Shown one piece after another: positions 1 through 9,608 of a stretch of 64,000 bases of DNA. The stretch comes from Chloroflexota bacterium (lineage in GTDB: Bacteria; Chloroflexota; Anaerolineae; Aggregatilineales; Phototrophicaceae), in contig WTGF01000121.1 of the NCBI GenBank assembly GCA_011525385.1, forward strand, positions 492 through 64,491, in the 5' to 3' direction. The notes below the pieces were generated by a model. The model made no database searches and was not told the origin of the DNA. It was given only the letters and a program-made list of their open reading frames with translations. A program made the position numbers and the translations under genes. Every line of letters starts with the position of its first letter. Position 1 is the first letter of the stretch.

Positions 1-1
1 A

Positions 2-952
2 CATGACGGTCGGTCCAACGTTTGTGCGCCCCACGCGGACGGCGCCCGCCGGCGGCAGCGCGGCATCAAAGCGGAATGGTGTGTTGCAGACCGCGCCCAG
101 GAAGCCGCGCGCGACGGTGAAACTGGCCATGCGACCGGAGGTGAAGAGCGCGCCCTCGTTCTGGTCCGCCAAATCTGCGGCGGAGGGGGCGCACCCGTGT
201 TCAACGACCAGGCTTTGCGCGAAGCGCAATCCCTCGATCGCTTCCGGCTCGCCCATCAGGCATTCTGTGCCTTCTTCGTTGAGCACTTCGCCGCCGGCTT
301 GCCAGATCCAGTCGATCCAGGCGCCGCGCCCGCCGCCGATGACGCGGGCGCGTCCGCGATCGTCGCGATCGGTCAGCGCGATGGCTTGTTCCAGGTACTC
401 GTCCCAGGTCAAACCGTGTGGATGATCAATGCCGGCTTCGTCATAGATATCGGCATTGAACCAGGTGGCGTAGGGCGCGCCGTCGCGCGGCAGTCCCCAG
501 AGCTGGTCTTGCCAGCGCAGCGCCGCGATATGACCGGGATAGTTGTCTTCCAGGTCGACATCCGGGTTGGCGTCCACATAGCTGTCGATCGGCACCAGGA
601 CTCCGCGCGCGGCGAAGCCGACCGTGAAACCATCCATAACGAAGAAGACATCGGGACCAGTGCCCGCCGCCAGCTGCGCTTGCAATAGCTGCAAGTACTG
701 GGGTCCATATCCGCCGCCGACGGCGAGGTAATTGGCTTGGATACTGTCATTCTCTTCGTTGAAGGCTTCCCAGACCGGCTCCCAAGCGGCGTCTTCAACT
801 ACTCCGCCCGGCGTGGCATAGGTGACTTCAACCATATCCTGCGCCAGCGCCGTCGGCAGGCGGCTGAGCAAGCCGCCCGTCATCTGCGCGCCGACGATCG
901 TGCCGGATGCGGCCAAGCCCTTCAAGAAATTTCTACGACTTAACTTGGACAT
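2..952 (-). CDS. ABC transporter extracellular solute-binding protein (family 1, sugar-type); 3' end cut by the left window edge
   Basis: Absent from the ORF track because it runs off the edge. Reverse-strand translation from ATG (complement 950-952) reads MSKLSRRNFLKGLAASGTIVGAQ... (twin-arginine signal) and stays open to position 2. AAAGGA lies upstream of the ATG. Confidence 0.8.
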   Translation of the reverse strand, partial: MSKLSRRNFLKGLAASGTIVGAQMTGGLLSRLPTALAQDMVEVTYATPGGVVEDAAWEPVWEAFNEENDSIQANYLAVGGGYGPQYLQLLQAQLAAGTGPDVFFVMDGFTVGFAARGVLVPIDSYVDANPDVDLEDNYPGHIAALRWQDQLWGLPRDGAPYATWFNADIYDEAGIDHPHGLTWDEYLEQAIALTDRDDRGRARVIGGGRGAWIDWIWQAGGEVLNEEGTECLMGEPEAIEGLRFAQSLVVEHGCAPSAADLADQNEGALFTSGRMASFTVARGFLGAVCNTPFRFDAALPPAGAVRVGRTNVGPTVM

Positions 953-1070
953 TCTTCAAATCCTTTCTAGATCTTTAACAAAACGTAAATGCGCGCCCCA
1001 CTGAAAAGTGAGGGATAAACGCACATTAAAGGATTATAGCGCAAAGCTGTTGGCTTGGACGTATTCTTGC

Positions 1071-2912
1071 CTAATTGCCAGCCAGGAGGCGGTCCGGATT
1101 CCATATTTGCTCGCAGATTTGGCGGTAGAGTTCCTGGCGTTCCATGAGGTCGTCACGTTTGAATTGGGCGTGGGGTTTGAATTGCAGACTGCTGCGTGCA
1201 AGAAAGTTAGAGAAATTTGGGTTTTTCTCGTATGCTTTGTGATTTAGCGAAGCAGCAAGCAAGTTTTCCTTTACATAATGATTTACCTTGTCTTCGTAGG
1301 GTGCCGCGCCAAAGCTCTGATTCGTGCCACGTGGCAAGAGAACAAGACCGCCGAAGTAGTTTCGCAAGCGATGAAACTCATCCTCACTGTCAAACTCGTC
1401 CGTATGATTTTCATAGTTATCTGCCCAGATATGTTCAAGCTCGAACCTTGCTCCGTTACCTCTGGTATAAGTAACGAAGTTGGTATTCATACCACTCTGC
1501 TGTTCAACGTAAGCAGTAATGCGCGAAAGTAGGTAGTTCACTAAACCCGAGTTTCGGCCGTGCAGATAGAAGGAGCTGGCGGCATCAAGCTTCTCGTCCA
1601 TTCTGTCCAGATACTCTCGTAAGTGTGCTCTAAGTTCGATTACGTCCAAATTTCTTATAGCTTTCATCAAGTTGAAAACGGCGTATTGGACTGTGTTGTA
1701 ACTGATCCACTTGAAGTTCAATATTCTCCTTGCGGAATATATATCGATGAACGTAGTTACAATTCGAATCTTTTCGGCTACGGTATCATTGTCGTCATCA
1801 AGTTGAATCGGTGCCATCGCTAACATGAATTGGAGAGTAAAGTTGTTGCAAGCGTTATAATAGATTTCTTCACTACCCTTTGTAAGCGTAGTTGACGCAG
1901 AGTACATGTTGAGATAGTGACCTGCATATCGATCAAAGTGTTTAGTGACAAACTCATAAAAGCTTTGCGACGTATTCAGACCTAATCGCTGTTTTTCGTC
2001 TCTCACCCATCTGTGAAACCGGTTTATGTTCTCGAAGTCACGATTTACTGCGCCTTTATGCCGCTCACGAGTAGATTGAGCGTATTTTGCACGAAGCCAA
2101 ATCTTGAAGAAATTCTGATCCTCCTTCGGAGCAATGTCAATTAGCTGGACGATGCGCTGCTTCCAAACCTTGTTTGCCTCTGTCTTCTTTTCATGAATTG
2201 TATTCTCATCACCGCTGTTGATGTTCGCCAGCAGATAACCCTTAAGCATGTCAACGGGACCTAAACTGACGCCCCGATCATTCATTGTCTCGAAAATAGT
2301 GAAGGCGTCGTCATCGGTGTAGGCTTCAATTTCGACTAGGTCTACATTGTCTATCAGCCAGTCTACAAAAAACGGAAGTGAGTTGCCTGACAAAGAGTCA
2401 GGAAATGATTCCTGTAAGTCCTCGTATCGCGATACGAGATTACGCACTGATAAATCTCGGTGACCAGACGCGTCGAAACAGCCATTGTCAAGAAGTTCTT
2501 GCATGCAATCAACGCGTTCGGGTACATAGATATTGAAAGATTTAGTTCCATAGCTCTCAGAGAAGATTAGAGTCTTTAGATCCGCAATACCTTCTCGACC
2601 ATCACCGAGGTGCTGAATATGTAGAAGCAACAAGGTGAGAGTTGTTAAACGCTGTTGGCCATCAACAATATGCTTTTGGCCGGACTCAGTTACCGTAATG
2701 ATCGTACCAAGAAAATAGCGTGGGTAACTTCTAACTTCCGATCGTTCGTGATCTGGATCATGAGCAGACAGAAACTTGCCTTCGAAATCCTCCAAGAGTT
2801 CTTCGATATTCCGACGCCCCCATTCGTATTCCCGTTGATAGAAGTCGATCCTGTATTTAGTATTGTCTAGAAGTTGCCTTACAGTTTTTCTTTGTGCTTG
2901 AATTGTACTCAT
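1071..2912 (-). CDS. DUF262/DUF1524 two-domain nuclease-like protein (GmrSD / type IV restriction-like family)
   Basis: N-terminal FYQREYEW and DGQQRLTTL motifs (DUF262). C-terminal ELEHIWA ... LLPRGTNQS (DUF1524 His-Me finger). Start moved from track start 3005 to ATG 2912, which has AGGAG 8 nt upstream. Visibly AT-rich compared with its flanks. Confidence 0.85.
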   Translation of the reverse strand: MSTIQAQRKTVRQLLDNTKYRIDFYQREYEWGRRNIEELLEDFEGKFLSAHDPDHERSEVRSYPRYFLGTIITVTESGQKHIVDGQQRLTTLTLLLLHIQHLGDGREGIADLKTLIFSESYGTKSFNIYVPERVDCMQELLDNGCFDASGHRDLSVRNLVSRYEDLQESFPDSLSGNSLPFFVDWLIDNVDLVEIEAYTDDDAFTIFETMNDRGVSLGPVDMLKGYLLANINSGDENTIHEKKTEANKVWKQRIVQLIDIAPKEDQNFFKIWLRAKYAQSTRERHKGAVNRDFENINRFHRWVRDEKQRLGLNTSQSFYEFVTKHFDRYAGHYLNMYSASTTLTKGSEEIYYNACNNFTLQFMLAMAPIQLDDDNDTVAEKIRIVTTFIDIYSARRILNFKWISYNTVQYAVFNLMKAIRNLDVIELRAHLREYLDRMDEKLDAASSFYLHGRNSGLVNYLLSRITAYVEQQSGMNTNFVTYTRGNGARFELEHIWADNYENHTDEFDSEDEFHRLRNYFGGLVLLPRGTNQSFGAAPYEDKVNHYVKENLLAASLNHKAYEKNPNFSNFLARSSLQFKPHAQFKRDDLMERQELYRQICEQIWNPDRLLAGN

Positions 2913-2942
2913 GTACGGTACTCCTAATTTGCAGAAACTTTT

Positions 2943-2969
2943 CACCTCTCGCATTCTATGCGAGAGGTG
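2943..2969 (-). terminator. Perfect 12-bp stem / 3-nt loop hairpin between the acs stop and the DUF262 gene start
   Basis: CACCTCTCGCAT-TCT-ATGCGAGAGGTG read directly. No clear U-tract on the minus strand, so its role is uncertain (acs terminator, processing site or 5' UTR structure). Confidence 0.4.
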
Positions 2970-3032
2970 CTCCAATTCTGTTAATTCAATGTCTGCCTGC
3001 CTCACAGAAGCAGGAAAATGAGGATGCCGCCC

Positions 3033-4940
<1,908 letters not shown>

Positions 4941-5099
4941 CGAATACTCCTGTTCGTCGATCCGCTTCCAGTCACGGGCAGCTGAGCTGCCGCGTCTGCT
5001 GTGTCATCGCATTTGGCTATTATAAACCAAACTGCCCTCATGTCGAAATCCGCGCGCGGCCAGGTAGTGTATCCATTTCGATTGAAACAAAAGTCTTAA

Positions 5100-5180
5100 C
5101 CACCGAGCACACCGAGATCACCGAGAATAAATCTGGAGTTTAGTTGTTCTACATGCTCTTAAGTGCATTTGTGGTGAAAT
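5100..5180 (+). repeat. Cargo-less copy of the dispersed CACCGAG / TTTGTGGTGAA inverted-arm repeat
   Basis: Left arm CCACCGAGCACACCGAGATCACCGAGAA (5100-5127). Right arm CTCTTAAGTGCATTTGTGGTGAAAT (5156-5180). The arms are partly complementary. Confidence 0.6.
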
Positions 5181-5327
5181 GAGTTGAATTAATTTCAAGC
5201 GGATTCAATACAGTATCGCGCGGCCATGCGTTGTCGGTTGATATGAAGCGCTAGCAAGGGAGACTTCGCGACTGGCAAGAAGTAGTCTATAATATTAACA
5301 AAACGACTTTGCGCTGAGGTTGTCCAC

Positions 5328-6098
5328 ATGAACAGACAGCGATCTCTTCTTTTGCTAGGCACTGCCGTGCTGCTGGTTGGTTTTGCCGCGCTTCTGACGA
5401 CTAGCCTGGCAGGTGATACGGACTGGAGCTACAGCGGCGAAAAGGGTCCCGAAAACTGGGGCGCGTTGTCGCCGGAATTCGCGCTCTGCGCCGATGGCAC
5501 GGCGCAATCGCCCATCGACATCCGCAACGCCAGCGAACTCGACCTGGTGGATATCGCCTTCGGATACGGAGAAACCGCCAACAACATTTTCAACAACGGG
5601 CATACGATTCAGGTCAATGTCGACGAGGGCAGCTACATCATTTACAACGAGATCACGTACAAGCTATTGCAGTTCCACTTCCACAGTCCCAGCGAACATA
5701 CCATTAACGGCGATGCGGCGGCGATGGAAATTCATTTCGTGCATCAGGATCCTAATTCCGGCGCTTTGGCGGTGGTTGGTATTCTGCTCGCGGCGGGCGA
5801 TGCGGAAAACGGCGCCTACGCGCCCATCTTCGATAATATGCCGAGCGAAGTTGGGGAACCGGCGGCGCGTGGCGGAGCAATTGATCTGGAAGCGCTGCTG
5901 CCGGAAGAGCGCAGGTATTTCACCTATCAGGGCTCGCTGACGACGCCTCCCTGCAGCGAGATCGTGCGCTGGCTGTTGTTGGATGCGCCGGTGCAGTTGT
6001 CGCAGGCGCAGATTGACGCATTTGTCGATTTGTATGACTATAACGCGCGCCCGACGCTGCCGCTGGGCCAGCGCGATTTGCTTTTGGATTCGCAGTAG
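5328..6098 (+). CDS. alpha-class carbonic anhydrase, secreted
   Basis: N-terminal signal peptide. Zinc-ligand context QFHFHSPSEH and EIHFVH, plus YQGSLTTPPCSE. Confidence 0.9.
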   Translation: MNRQRSLLLLGTAVLLVGFAALLTTSLAGDTDWSYSGEKGPENWGALSPEFALCADGTAQSPIDIRNASELDLVDIAFGYGETANNIFNNGHTIQVNVDEGSYIIYNEITYKLLQFHFHSPSEHTINGDAAAMEIHFVHQDPNSGALAVVGILLAAGDAENGAYAPIFDNMPSEVGEPAARGGAIDLEALLPEERRYFTYQGSLTTPPCSEIVRWLLLDAPVQLSQAQIDAFVDLYDYNARPTLPLGQRDLLLDSQ

Positions 6099-6153
6099 CG
6101 GCATTTTATCACGGCAGTCGTTTATCGAAATCGGTTGAAAAAGAAAAAACTTG

Positions 6154-6215
6154 CCACCGAGGGCGCCGAGAATCATGCGTCAAATCCGCCTTTTCTTTGT
6201 GTCTTTGTGGTGAAA
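6154..6215 (+). repeat. Cargo-less copy of the same repeat, foldable as a plus-strand RNA hairpin
   Basis: Left arm CCACCGAGGGCGCCGAGAAT (6154-6173). Right arm TTTTCTTTGTGTCTTTGTGGTGAAA (6191-6215). Pairing needs several G-U wobbles, so it works only for the plus-strand transcript. Confidence 0.65.
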
Positions 6216-6275
6216 CTGAGTTTGGCTCATCTGAATTTCAACTGAAAAGGATTGTCTAGAGTAGCGCTTGCCTTT

Positions 6276-6304
6276 TTGCCTGTCCGCGGCATATGCGATA
6301 TAAT
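6276..6304 (+). promoter_or_regulatory. sigma-70-like promoter for the sugar ABC operon
   Basis: TTGCCT (6276-6281), 17-nt spacer, TATAAT (6299-6304), about 45 nt upstream of the ATG at 6350. Confidence 0.45.
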
Positions 6305-6349
6305 GCCCGTGCTTGTCAATTGATTCGCATTTCTTTAGGAGATTTACTC

Positions 6350-7678
6350 ATGTCAAAAGAGCTATCGCGTCGAGACTTTCTCAAGTACACAGGAATGGGC
6401 AGCGCCGCGGCTTTCGCTGCCGCATACGGCATGCCCTTGGGCACGGCTTTGGCGCAAGCGCCTCCGGGCGATACTGCTGGCCACCTGGTCATCTACAACT
6501 TCGGCGGTACAGAGCAGCAACGCATGTTCGGCAACGCCATTGCGCGCTTCAACGAGCGCTATCCCAATGTGCTCGTCGAAGACCTTTATATTCCCTGGCC
6601 CGAAGGCTGGGGCCATTACATCACCAACTTGAAGCTGCGCGCCGCCAGCGGCTTGAAAACCGATATCATCGCCATCGCCATCGAAGGCACGCGCGAGACC
6701 ATCTTTGAGGACCTCGTCCTGCCGATGGATGACGCCATAGCCGCCGACGACGAACTGGCAGCGATCGTCGACGAGGTTGAGCCGGTGTTGCACAACGCCC
6801 TCAAGGGACCGGATGGACAGACCTATTACTTCACCCGCGAGTGGAACAACATGATCATCCACTACAATCCGGTCAAGTTTGAAGAAGCGGGCTTGGATCC
6901 CCCAGCGGAGGACTGGACCTGGGAAGACTTCTTGGAAACGGCGTCGATCTTGACCCACGGCGAAGGCGGCGACAAGCAATTCGGCTTCGCCATCCCTTAC
7001 TTCAACTTTGGTCTGACGCCCTGGTGGCATACCAACGGGACATCTACCTTGACGCCGGATTGGTCGCAATCCAATCTGGACGATCCCAAGATGCTGGAAT
7101 CGGTCAAGTTCGTGCATTCGCTGGTGCACGAGCATGGCGTGGCCCCGTCGGTCGAAGGCGTTAATCCCTACGAACTGTTCCCGGCTGGCACAATCGCCAT
7201 GACCGGCGCTGGCCGCTGGCCCTTCGACACTTACGTCACCACCGGCTATAGCGATGTCGACATCACACCCTGGCCGCGTAAACGCGCTGGCACAACCGTC
7301 TTCGGTTCTGGCGGCTGGGCGGTATCCAAAACGACCGAGAACGTCCCGCTGGCGCTGGAATTAATCAAGGATCTGGCGGCCTTCGAGACCGACATGGAAG
7401 CGGTCGCCGTTGGCACATCCTTGCCAGCGCGCCGCAGCGCCACCGAAAACGAGCTCTTCAACAGCTTCCCGGCCAACGCGCATCGCTTCTTCGGCAGCCT
7501 GGAAGACATCAAACCGGTGCCTTCGCCGGCGAACTTCGCCGAGGTCGAAAGCATATTCATGCGGCACATGGACCAGATCATGGCCAACTCCTTGACCCCC
7601 GAACAGGGCTTGGAAATGGCGCATATCGAGCTCTCCGCCGCCATGGACAAGCTCGCAGAGCGGCTGGCCGGCGGCTAG
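6350..7678 (+). CDS. ABC transporter sugar-binding protein (family 1) with Tat signal
   Basis: Start moved to ATG 6350 (AGGAG 9 nt upstream). MSKELSRRDFLKYTG twin-arginine signal. Followed by two permease genes. Confidence 0.88.
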   Translation: MSKELSRRDFLKYTGMGSAAAFAAAYGMPLGTALAQAPPGDTAGHLVIYNFGGTEQQRMFGNAIARFNERYPNVLVEDLYIPWPEGWGHYITNLKLRAASGLKTDIIAIAIEGTRETIFEDLVLPMDDAIAADDELAAIVDEVEPVLHNALKGPDGQTYYFTREWNNMIIHYNPVKFEEAGLDPPAEDWTWEDFLETASILTHGEGGDKQFGFAIPYFNFGLTPWWHTNGTSTLTPDWSQSNLDDPKMLESVKFVHSLVHEHGVAPSVEGVNPYELFPAGTIAMTGAGRWPFDTYVTTGYSDVDITPWPRKRAGTTVFGSGGWAVSKTTENVPLALELIKDLAAFETDMEAVAVGTSLPARRSATENELFNSFPANAHRFFGSLEDIKPVPSPANFAEVESIFMRHMDQIMANSLTPEQGLEMAHIELSAAMDKLAERLAGG

Positions 7679-7705
7679 AACAGCGACATTTCGCAGATCA
7701 GATTG

Positions 7706-7739
7706 AACAAGCCTGCATAGTCATTTATGCAGGCTTGTT
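7706..7739 (+). terminator. Intra-operon hairpin after the binding-protein gene (attenuator or terminator)
   Basis: AACAAGCCTGCAT - 8-nt loop - ATGCAGGCTTGTT, a 13-bp perfect stem followed by T/C-rich sequence. Lies 28 nt after the stop at 7678. Confidence 0.55.
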
Positions 7740-7750
7740 TCCATAAACGA

Positions 7751-8674
7751 ATGACGAGACTGAGGATGCGGAAAAGCGGACTCCTGCCAGAGATGACACC
7801 GAAGCATCGCGAAGCTTTCGTGGGCTACCTTTTCATTTTGCCTACTTACATCGGCTTCACCATTTTCATTCTTTATCCCCTGATCGAGTCCATGCGCATC
7901 AGTTTTCAGGAGTTCAGCCTTTTGCGCGGATCGACCTACATCGGCTTGGACAATTATGTCCAGATGTTTGCCGATCCCCGTCTGCGCATCGCTTATATCA
8001 ATACGATTATCTTTACGCTATTTGCCGTCTTCTTCAACGCCGGTATCGGCTTGATCCTGGCGGTCATGCTCAACCGGCGTCTGCCAATATTGATGCGCAA
8101 CTTGTACCGATCGATCTTTTTCTTCCCGGTGCTCATCGCCCATACCTATATCGCCGTTATCTGGCGCTTTCTTTACCAGCAGGATACGGGCGTCATCAAT
8201 TACTACCTGGGCGTTGTAGGCATCGACCCCGTGCCTTGGCTTAGCAACGCTCATTGGGCGATGGCGGCCATCATCATCCTGGATGTCTGGAAGAATACCG
8301 GTTTCGCCATGCTGGTTTTCCTGGCTGGTTTGCAGAGCATCCCGAACGAATACTACGAAGCGGCCCAGCTTGACGGCGCCAACGAACGACAACTCTTCTT
8401 CCGGATCACCGTTCCTATGCTGAGTCCGACAATCTTCTTCATTCTGGTCATCTTCATGATCGGCGCCCTGCAAGTCTTCGATACGATCATCGTGCTAACG
8501 GCCGGCGGCCCGGGCGATGCCACCCGCAGCGTCGTGCTCTACATTTACGAGATCGCCTTCCGCACCTTCAATATGGGTTACGCCGCCGCCGTATCCATGA
8601 CCTTGTTCGCCATTATCCTGGTACTGACCGCCCTGCAATTCTGGATCAGCCGGCGCTGGGTGCATTACGAATAG
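7751..8674 (+). CDS. ABC sugar transporter permease (MalF/UgpA type)
   Basis: Multi-pass membrane protein with an EAA-type loop (YEAAQLDGANERQLFFRITVP). Track start 7727 lies inside the upstream hairpin, so ATG 7751 is preferred. ATG 7766 or 7790 are also possible, so the start is uncertain. Confidence 0.85.
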   Translation: MTRLRMRKSGLLPEMTPKHREAFVGYLFILPTYIGFTIFILYPLIESMRISFQEFSLLRGSTYIGLDNYVQMFADPRLRIAYINTIIFTLFAVFFNAGIGLILAVMLNRRLPILMRNLYRSIFFFPVLIAHTYIAVIWRFLYQQDTGVINYYLGVVGIDPVPWLSNAHWAMAAIIILDVWKNTGFAMLVFLAGLQSIPNEYYEAAQLDGANERQLFFRITVPMLSPTIFFILVIFMIGALQVFDTIIVLTAGGPGDATRSVVLYIYEIAFRTFNMGYAAAVSMTLFAIILVLTALQFWISRRWVHYE

Positions 8675-8686
8675 CTGGAATAAACC

Positions 8687-9574
8687 ATGGCAAGTAGAGA
8701 AGTTACAGTGCGCGGGCAGCCGAAAACCGCGCCTCGCAAAAGCAAGAAGCCGATCAACTTGGGCGATATCCTTTCCTATACCATATTGACCATCGCCGCC
8801 ATCCTGGTCATGATGCCGCTTTTATGGATGTTTTCGACCTCCCTGCGCCCGACAACGGAGAGCTTCCAACTGCCGCCGGCCTGGCTGCCGACGCAATTCC
8901 GCTGGGAGAATTATATCGAGCCCTTCAAATCGAGCGTTCCCTTCGTAGACCTGTTCATCAATAGCATGAGGATCACGGTGGCGGTGACGTTCGGGCAGCT
9001 TGTGACCTGCTCGCTGGCCGGGTACGCCTTCGCTCGCTTGCGCTTCCCCGGGCGCGATCTGCTCTTCCTGCTGCTACTCGCTTCCTTGATGGTGCCGGGC
9101 CAGGTGACGATCATTCCCATCTTCCTGCTGATGCGCGACTTGGGCTTGATCGACAATCCGCTGGCCATTATTTTGCCCGGCCTCATCAGCGCGTTCGGGG
9201 TCTTCTTGATGCGGCAATTCTTCAAGCAGATGCCCCAGGAACTCTTTGACGCGGCGCGCGTTGACGGCGCCGGGCACATTCGCTCCTTCCTGCAAATTGC
9301 CCTGCCGCTGGCAGGCCCGGCGATGGCTACCCTCGGCATCATCACCTTCAACGCAACCTGGAACGCCTACTTCCTGCCGCTGATCTTCCTCAATTCCTGG
9401 CACAAAATGACGCTGCCGCAAGGGATCGCCCTGCTCACCGGCTACATGGGATCGGGCAATCCTTCTGTCGTGATGGCGGCAGTGACAATGGCGATCCTGC
9501 CCGTTTTGATGGTCTTCATCGCGGCGCAGCGCTGGATCATTGAAGCGCTCACCCGCTCCGGACTTAAAGGCTAA
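8687..9574 (+). CDS. ABC sugar transporter permease (MalG/UgpE type)
   Basis: Multi-pass membrane protein with EAA-type loop FDAARVDGAGHIRSFLQIALP. Confidence 0.9.
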   Translation: MASREVTVRGQPKTAPRKSKKPINLGDILSYTILTIAAILVMMPLLWMFSTSLRPTTESFQLPPAWLPTQFRWENYIEPFKSSVPFVDLFINSMRITVAVTFGQLVTCSLAGYAFARLRFPGRDLLFLLLLASLMVPGQVTIIPIFLLMRDLGLIDNPLAIILPGLISAFGVFLMRQFFKQMPQELFDAARVDGAGHIRSFLQIALPLAGPAMATLGIITFNATWNAYFLPLIFLNSWHKMTLPQGIALLTGYMGSGNPSVVMAAVTMAILPVLMVFIAAQRWIIEALTRSGLKG

Positions 9575-9608
9575 TCACAAGTCACGAGAAAGACAGAAAG
9601 TGAGACAA

